From assembly GCF_009914755.1 (NCBI RefSeq), contig NC_060925.1: DNA of 64,000 bases; one strand, written 5' to 3'. Numbering within the stretch: the stretch's first letter is position 1; every line of letters starts with the position of its first letter. Source of the DNA: the human T2T-CHM13v2.0 reference genome, Homo sapiens. Positions 27,200-40,885 of the stretch are shown piece by piece. The translations under genes and the position numbers were made by a program. The notes beneath the pieces are model-generated. The model made no database searches and was not told the DNA's origin. It worked only from the letters and a program-made list of their open reading frames with translations.

Positions 27200-27589
27200 T
27201 GGGTTGTTGTAGTTTCTCATTGACCTTAATCACAAGGCATGATAATACTAACAGATGCCCTAAGGGATCTCTTGTATTCCACGCATACTCTTCCTTCACT
27301 CCATTGTGGAGTAGTAGACTGATTTCATCTTGATAGTCTTGGTCAATCACCCCAGCCAACATTGTAACTCCTTTCTTAGCCTGTTGACTTGTGGTGGGAG
27401 GAGACCAAAGTGGCCAGGTGGCAATCTTAACTTCCAGTTTAAAGGAATCATTGTTGTGTCTCCTGGTGGCAGCATTCCTCCTTCTGAAACTAAGACCTCT
27501 AGGCCAGTAGAACGTAATGTCGCAGGAACAGGAAGCAAAAGTTTTGCTAGTGGGTCACTACGGGTGATGGTGAATGGTGCCACTTCCAC
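27200..27589 (-). pseudogene. HERV-L dUTPase remnant (frameshifted)
   Basis: ORFs give LPPGDTTMIPLNWKLRLPPGHFGLL and LAGVIDQDYQDEISLLLHN (dUTPase motifs), located downstream of integrase as in ERV-L. Confidence 0.88.
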
Positions 27590-28370
27590 TTCCAGCCTTG
27601 ATTTTTCAACCCATGAATTCTGGCTATGGGAGAAACAGTACCATATATTGGATGCTGATTCAGGGCATACACAGCTTTCTGGAGAACTTTGTCCCAGCCC
27701 TGCAAAGTATTGTCACCTAGTTTGTGTTGTAATTGTGACTTCAAAAAGCCATTCCAGCATTCTCTCAATCCAGCTGCTTCAGGATAATGGGGAACATGGT
27801 AAGACCAGTGAATTCCATGACCATAACCTCACTGCCACACTTCTTTAGCTGTAAAGCGAGTGCCTTGGTCAGAGGCAAGGCTGTGTGGAATACCATGATG
27901 GTGGATAAGTCATTCCATGAATCCATGGATGGTAGTCTTGGCAAACCCATAGCTGGAGTAAGTGCGTATTCCAGTGAGGACAAACCGTTGCCCTTTCCAT
28001 GATGGAAAAGGTCCAGTATAATCAACCTGCCACCAAGTAGCTGGCTGACCACCCCGAGGTATGGTGCTATATCGAGGGCTCAGTGTTGGTAACTGCTGCT
28101 GGCAAATTGGGCACTCAGTGTTGGCTGTAGCCAGGTGAGCCTTGTTTAGTGGAAGTCCATGTTGCTCAGCCCATGCATAACCTCCTTCCCACTTTGTTCA
28201 TGGGCCCACTGGGCGATGACAAGGGTGGCTGGCAAAAGAGGCTGAGTAGTGTCCCCAGAATGAGTTATCCTATCCACTTGACTATTAAAATCCTCTTCTG
28301 CTGAGGTTACCTGTTGGTGAGCACTCACATGGGATACAAATAACTTCACAGTTTTTGGCCACTCAGAGAG
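27590..28370 (-). pseudogene. HERV-L RNase H C-terminus and integrase remnant
   Basis: VSHVSAHQQVTSAEEDFNSQVD and WNGFLKSQLQHKLGDNTLQGWDKVLQKAVYALNQHPIYG; frameshifted. Confidence 0.85.
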
Positions 28371-30218
28371 TGGCCATTACTGTAAGTTTCCTGAGGCCTC
28401 CCCAGCCATGCTAAACTATGAATCAATTAAACCTCTTTCCTTTATAAATTAACCAGTCTCAGGTATGTCATTATAGCATCATGAGAATGGACTAATACAG
28501 TAAATTAGTACCATAGAAAGGGGTGCTGCTATAAACATAAGCAAAAAATATGGAAGCCACTTTGGGAAATGGAGGAAAGGTCACTCTAGCTATGCAAAGA
28601 GACTGGTGGCATTTTGCCATGGCACTAGAGATCTGTGGCACTTTGAACTTGAAAGAGATGATTTAGGATATCTGGCAGAGGAAATTTCTAAGTGGCAAAG
28701 TGTTCAAGGGAAGCAGAGAATAAAAGTTTAGAAAATTTGCAGCCTGATGACGCAATAGAAAAGAAAAACCCTTTTCTGGGAAGAAATTCAAGCCAGCTGC
28801 AGAAATTTGCATAAGTAATGAAGAACCAATTGCTAGTCACTAAGATAATGGGGAAAATGTCTCCAGAGCACATCAGGGACCTTCATGGAAGCCCCTCCCA
28901 TCACAGGCTGGGAAGCCTAGGAGGGAAAAATGGTTTCACGGGCCAAGTCCAGGGTCCCACTGCTGAGTGCAGCCTAGGGACTTGGTGCCCTGCATCCCAG
29001 CTGTTCCAGCTGTGGCTAAAACGGACCATGGTACAGCTCAAGTTGTAGCCTCAGAGGGTGCAAGCCCCAAGCCTTGGCAGCTTCCATGTGGTGTTGAGCC
29101 TGCAGATACACAGAAGTCAAGAATTGAGGTTTGGGAACTTCTGCCTAGATTTCACAAGATGTATGGAAACATATGGATCCCCAGGCAGAAGTTTGCTGCA
29201 GGAGCAGGGCTGTCATGGAGAACCTCTGCTAGGGTAGTGTGGAAGGGAAATGTGAAATGGGAGCCCCCACAGAGAGTCTCCACTGGGGCACTACCTCATG
29301 TATCTGTGAGAAGAGGGCCACCATCCTCCGGACCTTAGAATAGTAGATCCAACAACAACTTGCACCATGCATCTGGAAAAGCCACAGACACCCAACACCA
29401 GCCAGTGAAAGCATCCAGGGGTGGGGCTGTACCCTGCAAAGCCACAGAGGTGAAGCTGCCCAAGGCTGTGGCAGCCCACTTCTTGCATCAGCATGACCTG
29501 AATGTGAGACATGGAGTCAAAAGAGATCATTTTGGAACTTAAAGGTTTAATGACTCCTATTGGATTTTGGACTTGCATTGGGCCTGTAGCCCTTTGATTT
29601 TGGCCAATTTCCCCCATTTGGAATGGGTGTATTTATGCAATACCTGTACCCCCATTGTATCCAGGAAGTAACTAACTTGCTTTTGATTTTATATTCTCAT
29701 AGGCAAGAGGAACTTGCCTTGTTTCAGATGAGACTTTGGACTTGGACTTTTGGGTTAATGCTGGAATGAGTTAAGATTTTGGCAGACTGCTGGAAGGGCA
29801 TGATTATGTTTTGAAATGTGAGGACATGAGATTTGGGAGGGGCCAGGGGCAGAATGATATGGTTTGGCTGCGTTCCCACCCAAATCTCATCTTAGACTTT
29901 AGTTCCCGTAATTCCCATGTGTTGTGGGAGGTAATTGAATCATAGGGGCAGTTACCTTTATGCTATTCTCATGATAGTGAATGAGTTATCTTGAGATCTG
30001 ATGGTTTTGTAAGGAGCTTTTTCTCCCACATCACTCTACACTTCTCCTTGTTGCCACCATGTGAAGAAGGACATGTTTGCACCCCCTTCCACCATGATTG
30101 TACGTTTCCCAAGGCCTCCCCAGCCAGGCTGAACTGTGGAGTCAATAAAACCTCTTTCCTTTATAAATTACCTAGTCTCAGGTTTGTCCTTATAGCAGTG
30201 TGAGAACATACTCATACG
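28371..30218 (+). mobile_element. THE1C-type MaLR (truncated 5' LTR 28371-28499, internal 28500-29854, 3' LTR 29855-30218) nested antisense in HERV-L pol
   Basis: 3' LTR tgatatggtttggctg...gtaattgaatcat...gcagttacc...gtgaagaaggacatgtttgc; the internal region has MaLR ORF remnants (28967-29338). Confidence 0.9.
29932..29942 (+). promoter_or_regulatory. DUX4-type motif TAATTGAATCA in the THE1 3' LTR
   Basis: Exact 11-mer visible; this is the known DUX4 site in THE1/MST LTRs; occupancy not shown. Confidence 0.5.
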
Positions 30219-31850
30219 CCAATTTTTTTTTGTCACCAATTTTCCAATCATCCTTCTCCTAAGTCCCTGACATCCAGCCAAACCATTGGTTATAGCCCAT
30301 GAATTAGTATCCACTTGCACATCTGGCCATTCCTCCTTCCAAGCAAAGTGTACAACCAGGTACACTGCTCAAAGTTCTGCCCACTGGGAAGATTTCTCTT
30401 CACCATTGTCCTTCAGGAATGTCCTAGAAAGAGGCTGTAGTGCTGCAGTTGTCTGCTTTCAGGTGATGTCTGCATATTGTGCAGAACCATCTCTGAACAA
30501 AGGCCTAGTCTCCTCTTCCCCTGTCAACGATCATAGGGAAATCCTCATGAGGCCATCAGTGCAGGCTGGGGGAGAGAAGGCAGAGTGGCAGAGTAGAGAC
30601 CGTGGACATTTGAGCCTCTTCCTCATGCAACTTACTTGTGCCTTCAGGACCTGCTCAAGCCCAGTTACATATATAACACTTCCATTTGATGATGGAATGC
30701 TGCTGTGCATGCCCAACTTTATGGCTAGATGGGTCAGAAAGCACCCAATTCATGATAGGCAGTTCAGGTCACATGGTGACTTGATGACCCTTAGTCAAAC
30801 GTTCAGTTACTACCAAAGTTCAGTAACAGGCTAAGAGCTGTCTCTCAAGAGAAGAGTAGTTATCTACAGAAGATGGCAGGGCCTTGCTCCAAAATCCTAG
30901 AGGCCTCCACTGTGGTTCACCTGTGGGGGCCTGCCAAAGGCTCCAAACAACATCTCTGTCTGCCACTGACACCTCAAGCGTGATTGGATCTGCTGGGTCT
31001 TATGGCCCAAGTGGCAGAGCAGCTTGCACAGCACCCTGGACCTGCTGCAGAGCCTTGTCCTGTTGTGGACCCCACTCAAAACTGGTAGCCTTTTGGGTCA
31101 CTTGATAAATGGGTTGGAGTAACACACCCAGTTGAGGAATATGTTGCCTCCAGAATCAATAGGCCCACTAGGCACCTGCCTCTTTCTTGGTTGTAGGAAG
31201 GGCCAAATGCAAAAACTTATCCTTCACTTTAGGAGAAATACTTCGACAGGCCCCACATCACTGGACTCCCTAGAAATTTCACTGAGGTATAAGGCCCCTG
31301 AATTTTAGTTGGATTTATTTCCTATCCCCTGGCACACAAATGTCTCACCAATAAGTACAGTGTGTTTGTTGCTTCTTGCTCACTAGGTCCAATCAGCATA
31401 ATGTCATTAATGTAATGGACCAGTGTGGTACCTTGTGGAAGGGAAAAGTGATCAAGATCCCTCTGAACAAGATTATGACACACAACTGGAGAGGACAGTG
31501 AAGGTATATTGCTGGCCTTGTCAGCTGAAGGCAAATTGCTTCTGGTGGGCCTTATGGACAGGAATGCAGAAAAAGCCATCTGCCAAATCAATGGCTGTAT
31601 ACCAGGTACCAGGAGATGTGTTAATTTGCTCAAGCAATGAAACCACATCTGGCACAGCAGTTGCAATTGGAGTCACCACTTGGTTAAACTTACGATAATC
31701 CAGCGTCATTCTCCAAGATCCACTTGTCTTCTGCATAGGTTAAAAAGGAGAGTTGAATGAGGATGTGGTGGAAATCACCACCTCTGCATCTTTCAAGTCC
31801 TTGATGGTGGCACTAATCTCTGCAATCCCTTCAGGGATGTGATATTGTTT
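30219..31850 (-). pseudogene. HERV-L reverse transcriptase / RNase H remnant
   Basis: [41 protein letters not shown] and LVHYINDIMLIG (catalytic YIDD altered to YIND); many frameshifts. Confidence 0.9.
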
Positions 31851-32260
31851 TTGGTTTACTATTTTGCTAGGTAGAGGTATCTCTAATGGCTTCCATTTGG
31901 CCTTTCCCACCATAATAGCATTCACCCTACAAGTCAGGGAGCCAATGTGGGGGTTCTGCCAGCTGCTAAGTATGTCTATTCCAGTTATACATTCTGGAAC
32001 TGAGGAAATGACCACAGGATGAGTCTGGGGATGCACTGGAGCCACTGTAAGCCTCCTTAAATCCCTACTTTAACTGGAGGACCACAGTGACGTTTTGGGT
32101 CCCCTGGAATCAATGTCAGCTTAGAGCCAGTGTCAAGTAGTCCCCAAAAGGTCTGATCATTCCTCTTTCCCCAATGCAAAGTTACCCTGGTAAAAGGCCA
32201 GAGGTCTTCCTGGGGAAGGATGGGAGAAATATTAACAGCATAAATTGTCAGTAGCATAGT
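31850..32260 (-). pseudogene. HERV-L protease remnant
   Basis: FWGLLDTGSKLTLIPGDP (aspartic protease DTG motif) and ECITGIDILSSW. Confidence 0.85.
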
Positions 32261-32299
32261 AGGGTCCTTCCACCTTCCACAAGGGGACCTGAACCCCCT

Positions 32300-34360
32300 T
32301 CATTCAAGGGGTTCTGGGTCTGTAAACTGGTTCAAGTCTGAAAATTGAGAGGCTGTGATTATCTATTTTTATAATTCAAATTAACCTTTTGTCCACTACA
32401 TCTGGAAGTTTTCTGCTTATACAAATTAAGTAAGAATGCAGTACCCAGCACTTTGGGAGGCCGAGACAGGTGGATCACGAGGTCAGGAGATTGACACCAT
32501 CCTGGCTAACACTGTGAAACCCTGTATCTACTAAAAATACAAAAAAATTAGCTGGGTGTGGTAGCGGGAGCCTGTAGTCCCAGCTACTCGGGAGGCTGAG
32601 GCAGGAGAATGGTGTGGGGGAGGCAGAGCTTGCAGTGAGCCCAGATTGCGTCACTGCACTCCAGCCAAGGTGACAGAGTGAGACTCCGTCTCAAAAGAAA
32701 GAAAGAAAGAAAGAAGAAAGAGAAAGAAAGAAAAGAAAGAAAGAAAGAAAGGAAAGAAAGAAAGACAGAAAGAAAGAAAGAAAGAAAGAAAGAAAAAAAG
32801 AAAGCAAGCAAGCAGTAGGCTTCCTATCAATTTCACTTTTAGGAACACCGTGATTACTTAGCCAATGCTAGACCTCTATACTAGTCAGACTATTCTGATT
32901 GCTGCTCTGCCTCTGCTGTTCATTACAGTAACTACACCCACCTTGCTTTTGATGGTTGAGTGCCGCCGCTTGGCCTTTGCCACCTTGGGATTCAATTATT
33001 TCCATTGCATTAAAATTTTATAGCTGAGTGACTGCGGTTCCCACTATAAGATGTGGCATACAGAGAAGAGCAATCACAGAGCTCTTCAAGGATGCAGTTA
33101 CTCCCCTCTCAATCAATTTCACAAAATATTGGCGAAGGGTATGTCTTCTGGACCCTCCCAGCAGGGATGAGTAGGTCTAAAGTGACTAATCCACTCTATC
33201 ACCTCAATCTCCTTAAGCCTTTGGATTTCTTCCTCTACATTAAACCAAGGGAGATCAGGCATTTTTAGCTCACTCACAGTGGGCTCTCTTTTGATCCATG
33301 TTTCATCTAACCAAACAAGTAAACTATTAGCATATTTTTTAAACTTCCCAAACTGCAACATTAAATACATAATCCCTGCTCAGTGGGCCCATATCAATAA
33401 ATTCAGCCTGATCCAATTTATGGATCCACCATTATCCCACACCCTTAATATCCATTCCCATGCCTGTTCTCCAAATTTCTGCTTATATAAATTAGAAAAC
33501 TCAAGCAGCTTTTTTGGAGTATAGTGCACCTCCTCATGGATCACACTCTGAACCTCACCTCTAGGGGCCTGCAGGGATTTGAGTCTAGTTACAGGTCTAG
33601 AAGCAATAAGGGGTGTTGGGGGTGGGTCCTGAGGAGAATCAACCTTGTTTTGCCTGGCAACTACCTCAAGGGAGGCCATCACTGTTGCCTCAGGTGGTGC
33701 ATGGTTTATCTCCATGTTACCACCACTGAGGGTTTGGAGGCTGTTTCCTCTGGCAAAAAAAGTCTCATTAGAATTTAGGAGCCCAGTGACCTCAGCCTTA
33801 TCGGGTCCTTCCACACATCCCCATTTCAAGTTGTAGGGTCCCATTCTTTTCCAAACAATGCATTCGTTTTAACAGTAGACACCTGGTGAGGTTGTGCATG
33901 CATCTTTCATTGCAGGTCAGCCACTCGCATGATAAGAGCTTGTGTCTGATTTTCCACAATTTCAGCTCTTTCTCTACAGGAGATAAGACTCTCACTCAGG
34001 GCAATCTTAGAAAATTTGAGGCTCAGTATGTGCTTCTGGTGCCAGGAGTTAGAATTCCTGAGTTCACTGTTTTTTTCATCACTTTGTCCAGTGAACTTAG
34101 GAGCAACCAACCAACTTCATTATATTCCTTGGCTCTCCACATATGGTCAAAGGTATTATGTATAAACTCACTAAACCCTTTACGTCTCATAAGCAGTGAG
34201 TCTGGAGTATTTAATGCATTTATTTCACATAACTCTCTAAACAGTTCATGGTCAAAGACTATCTGTGTTCTCCATACCATTAGAAGTAGAGTCCTTAGCA
34301 TTTTGGGGTCTAATCAGATTAAGTGGCCAACTCCAGAAACCCCAAAACCAACTAAAGAAA
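32300..34360 (-). pseudogene. HERV-L gag remnant (frameshifted, Alu-interrupted)
   Basis: YNEVGWLLLSSLDKV, YTPKKLLEFSNLYKQKFGEQAWEWILRVWDNGG and ELKMPDLPWFNVEEEIQRLKEI are ERV-L gag-like. Confidence 0.85.
32444..32800 (+). mobile_element. 5'-truncated AluY-type with (GAAA)n-derived tail, in HERV-L gag
   Basis: Starts at cccagcactttggg; catcctggctaacac; tail 32693-32812 is (GAAA)n; degenerate TSD aag.aag.a.gcagta. Confidence 0.9.
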
Positions 34361-34389
34361 TTCATCCTTAAAATTCTGTTCCTGTAGAA

Positions 34390-34409
34390 TCACTCCTGGT
34401 ACCAAAATC
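34390..34409 (-). other. HERV-L primer-binding site (tRNA-Leu type)
   Basis: Minus strand reads gattttggtaccaggagtg immediately 3' of the 5' LTR. Confidence 0.75.
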
Positions 34410-34982
34410 TGTATTAGTCAGGGTCCTCTCAGGGGACAGGACTAATAGGGTAGATGTATATATGAAGTGGATTTTATTAAGGAGTATTGACTCTCACGAT
34501 CACAAGATGAGGCCCCACAAAAGGCCGTCTGCAAGCTGAGGAGCAAGGAAGCCAGTATGAGTCCCAAAACTTCAAAAGGAGGGCTCAGTCCAAGTCCCAA
34601 AAACCTCAAAAGATAGTGCAGCCTTCGGTCTGTGGTTGAAGACCTGAGGGCCCTTGGCAAACCACTGGTGTAAGTCCAAGAGTCCAAAAACTGAAGAACT
34701 TGGTGTCTGATGTTTGAGGGCAGAAATCATCCAGCATGGGAGAAAGATGAAGGCCAGCAGACTCAGCAAGTCTGCTCTTTCCAGCTTCTTCTGCCTGCTT
34801 TTCTTTTAGCTATGCTGGCAGCTGATTAGATGGTGCTCACCCAGATTGAGGGTGGGTCTGCCTTTCCCAGTCCACTGACTCAAATGTTAATATCCTATAC
34901 CAACATTCTCACAGACACATCCAGGAACAATACTTTGCATCTTTCGATCCAATCAAGTTGACACTCAATATTAACCATCACA
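34410..34982 (-). mobile_element. HERV-L 5' LTR (MLT2A2-type, 573 bp, with small internal duplication)
   Basis: Colinear with the 3' LTR; gtcccaaaa(a)c.tcaaaag is present twice at 34561-34611. Confidence 0.92.
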
Positions 34983-35355
34983 ACTTATGATGTTGAGTAT
35001 GTAATCATTTGCTTGTTTGTCACGTGTATATCTTTTTTGGTGAGATGTCTGATCAGACCTTTTGCCTGTTTTTAATTGGGTTGTTTCCTTTCATAATGTT
35101 GTTTTTAAGGGTTCTTTGCATATTTTGGATAACAGTCCTTTATCAGATATGTGCTTCGCGAATATATTCTCCCAGTTTGTAATTTGTCTTCTCATTCTCC
35201 TGACAGGTGACTTTCAGATAGCATACATTTTAAATATTAATAGAGTTGAATTTACTAATTCTTTCTTTCATCAATCATGACTTTGGTTTTATAACTAGAA
35301 AAGTCATTGCCAAATCCAGGGTCATCTAGATTACCCTTTATGTTATCTTCTAGAA
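34983..35355 (-). mobile_element. Old L1M ORF2, continuation
   Basis: ttttggataacagtcctttatcagatatgtg...gaaaagtcattgccaaatcc. Confidence 0.8.
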
Positions 35356-35654
35356 TTTTTTTTTTTTTTTTTTGAGACAGGGTCTCTCTCTGTCACCCAG
35401 GCTGGAGTGCTGTGACATGATCTTGGCTCGCTGCAGCCTCTGCCTCTCAGGTTCAAGTGATTTCCTGCCTCAACCTCCTGAGTAGCTGGGATTACAGGCA
35501 TGCACCACCACACTTGGCTAATTTTTGTATTTTTAGTAGAGACGGGGTTTCACCATGTTGCCCAGGCTGGTCTCAAACTCCTGACCTCAAGTGATCTGCC
35601 TGCCTCAGTCTCTCAAAGTGCAGGGATTACAGGTGTGAGCCACCATGCCCAGCT
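35356..35654 (-). mobile_element. AluS (Sz/Sx-like)
   Basis: Full reverse Alu with T tail. Confidence 0.92.
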
Positions 35655-37362
<1,708 letters not shown>

Positions 37363-37364
37363 TA

Positions 37365-37950
37365 ATTCATCTTAATTTTTGCAAAGGGCGTAAGGTCTGT
37401 GTCCAAATTCATTTTGGAGATATGTCTATTCAGTTGTTCCAAAACCATTTGTTGAAAAGATTATCTTTGCTTATTGTATTGCCTTTGTTCTTCTGTCAAA
37501 GAGCAGTTAATTCTATTTATGTGGGTCTATTGCTGGACTCTCTATTATGTTCCATTGATTGATTTTTATATATATATTCTTTCACCAATATCATACTGTC
37601 TTGATTATTGCAGCATTATAGTATGTCTTAAAGTAAGGTAGTGCTAGTCCTCTGACTATTCTTTTCCTTCGATATCTTGTTAGCTACTCTGGGGTCTTTT
37701 GTCTTTCCATAGAAACTTTAGAATCAGTTTGTTGATATCCACAGAATTATCTACTCTGGGGTCTTTTGTCTTTCCACAGAAACTTTTGAATCAGTTTGTT
37801 GATATCCACAGAATTAACTGGTTGGGATTTTTATTGGGATTTCATTGAATCTATAAAGTTGGGAAGAATTGACAGCTTGACAATATTGAGTCTTCCTATC
37901 CATGAAGATAGAATATTACTCCATTTATTTGGTCCTTCATTGATTTCAGG
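37365..37950 (-). mobile_element. Old L1M ORF2, continuation, with a 67-bp tandem duplication
   Basis: ccatttgttgaaaaga...gttccattgat...tcttcctatccatgaa; duplication at 37684-37816. Confidence 0.8.
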
Positions 37951-37970
37951 CCTTTAAAATATATATTAGA

Positions 37971-38262
37971 GACCAGGTGCCGTGGTTCAGGCCTGTAATC
38001 CCAGCACTTTGGGAGGCCAAGGAAGGCAGATTGCTTGAGCCCAGGAGTTTGAGACCAGCCTGGCCAACAAAGTAAAACCCCGTCTCTACTAAAAATACAA
38101 AAATTAGCCGGGCGTCGTGGTGCACTCCTGTAGTCCCAGCTACTCAGGAGGCTGAGGCAGGAAAATTACTTAAAATTGGGAGGCAGAGGTTGCAGTTAGC
38201 CAAGATCATGCCACTGCACTCCAGCCTGGGCAACAGAGTGAGATTCTGTCTCAAAAAAAAAA
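37971..38262 (+). mobile_element. Alu (S/Jb type)
   Basis: Full dimer followed by (TA)n. Confidence 0.92.
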
Positions 38263-38263
<1 letters not shown>

Positions 38264-38317
<54 letters not shown>

Positions 38318-38370
38318 CACATATATACACACACACATATGCATATATATACGCATACACATTTGTTTAT
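38264..38370. repeat. Pure (TA)25 followed by degenerate TA/CA
   Basis: Uninterrupted TA run at 38264-38313. Confidence 0.95.
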
Positions 38371-38384
38371 ATGTATACAATGTG

Positions 38385-39574
38385 TCATGATTAAATTAAG
38401 CTAATTAACATATCCATCACCTTGAATACCTGTTATTTTTTGGTGAGACATTTGAAATTTACTCTTATTTTGAAATATATAATATATTATTATTGACTAT
38501 GGTCACCCTGCTGTGCAATAGATCTCAAAAGCTATTCCTCTTGTCTTTCTGAAGCTATTTCTCCTGACTTTCTTTCTTTTTATATCATTTGACTAACTAC
38601 TCCCCATTCCCTCCTTCCCCACGCTGCAGTCTGTATTAACAATTCTCTGTTAGTCTCTGTTAATCAATTCTCTATTAAACAGTCTCTGTTAATCATTCTA
38701 ACAGGTATGAGGTAATATCTCCTTGTAGTTTTAATTTGCATTTTCATAATGATTAGTTATTCTGAGCATTTTTTCATATACCTATTGGCCATTCTTTTTT
38801 TAAGAAATGTCTTTTCAGGTCTATTGCTCATTTTTAAATTGTGTTATTTGTTTTCTTGCTATTGAATTGTTGGCGTTCCTTATATATTTTGGATAGTAAC
38901 CCCTTATCAGGTGTATGGTTTGCAAATATTTTCTTTCATTCTATGGGTTGTCTTTTCACTTTGCTAATTGTTTTGATTGCTCTGCATAATCCTTTTAGTT
39001 TGATTCCATCTGATTTGTCTGTTTTTGCTTTTATTGACTGTGCTTTTGGGATCATATCCAAAAAATCATTACCCGGATCAGTACAGTGGACCTTTCCCCC
39101 TGTGTTTTCTTCTAAGACTTTTACAGCTTCAGATCTTATACTTAAGTATTTAATCCACTTTGACTTGAATTTTGTATACTGTGTAAGGTAAGAGTCTAAT
39201 TTCATTTTTCTGCATGTGGACATTCAGTTTTCCCAACACTATTTATCGAAGAGACTGTTCTTTCTCAATTGCGTGTTCTTGGCATCTTTGTAAAAAAATC
39301 AATTGACCATAAATGCAGCGTGGGAGAAAGATGAAGGCCAGAAGACTCAGCAAGTCTGCTCTTTCCAGCTTCTTCTGCCTGCTTTTCTCTAGTTGTACTG
39401 GCAGCTGATTAGCTGGGTTTATTTTTGGGTTTTCTATCCTGTTCCATTGGTCTGTGTGTCTGTTTTTGTGCCAGCACCATGCTTCTTTGGTTACAATCAT
39501 TTCATAATATGTTTTGAAGTCAGGGAGTGCAATGCTGCCATCTTTGTTCATTTTGCTTAAGTTGTTTTGGCTAT
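38385..39574 (-). mobile_element. L1MA (MA8/9-like) 3'UTR and ORF2 fragment
   Basis: gctaattaacatatccatcacc...gtcaccctgctgtgcaatagatctc; ORFs 38936-39223 and 39243-39551 are ORF2-like. Confidence 0.82.
39316..39412 (-). mobile_element. 97-bp MLT2A2 LTR fragment inserted inside L1MA ORF2
   Basis: cagcgtgggagaaagatgaaggccagaagactcagcaagtctgctctttccagcttcttctgcctgc...ggcagctgattag matches 34732-34829. Confidence 0.9.
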
Positions 39575-40050
39575 TATATTAGTCCGTTCTCACTCTGCTA
39601 TAAAGAACTACCTGAGACTGAGTTATTTATAAAGAAAAGAGGTTTAGTTAACTCACAGTTCTGCAGGCTTACCAGGAAGCATGACTAGGAGGCCTCAGGA
39701 AACTTACAATCATGACAGAAGGTGAGGGGGAAGCATGCACATCTTCACAATCATGGAGCAAGAGAGAGAATGGAGGGGGAGTGCCACACTTCCACACACC
39801 CTCTGAAGCAACAGCCCAACCTTGGCCCCTTTTAGCCACCGCTGGGCTGGAGCTGCTGGGATACAGGGCAACAAGTTCTGAGGCTGCACAGAATAGCAGC
39901 GGGGGCGCTAGGCCCAGCCCATGAAACCATTTTTCGCTCCTAGGCCTCAGGGCCTGTGATGGGAGAGGCTGCTGTGAAGATCTCTGACATGCCCTGGAGA
40001 CATTTTCCCCACTGGCTTTTCATTGCTTATGCAGATTTCTGCAGCTGGCT
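39575..40050 (-). mobile_element. MSTA-type MaLR: partial LTR fused to an internal fragment
   Basis: tattagtccgttctcactctgctataaagaactacctgagact...ggaggcctcaggaaacttacaatcatg; internal sequence ctaggcctcagggcctgtgatgggag from ~39790. Confidence 0.82.
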
Positions 40051-40051
40051 T

Positions 40052-40885
<834 letters not shown>

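Larger units (their letters stand above)
26162..34982 (-). mobile_element. HERV-L (ERVL) provirus, essentially full length, decayed
   Basis: Two LTRs with TG...CA ends; 5-bp TSD ACTTA (26157-26161 and 34983-34987); PBS next to the 5' LTR; PPT next to the 3' LTR; gag-pro-pol-dUTPase order with no env; about 6.6 kb after removing nested inserts. Confidence 0.95.

Noticed and set aside
28396-28410. PRDM9 hotspot motif in the THE1 LTRs (also ~30115)
   Set aside because: The sequence is cctccccagccat / cctccccagccag, not the active CCTCCCTNNCCAC variant.
27021-34371. Domesticated or intact retroviral gag/pol/dUTPase
   Set aside because: Every domain is broken by frameshifts or stops, the RT catalytic motif is mutated, and pol and gag carry TE insertions.
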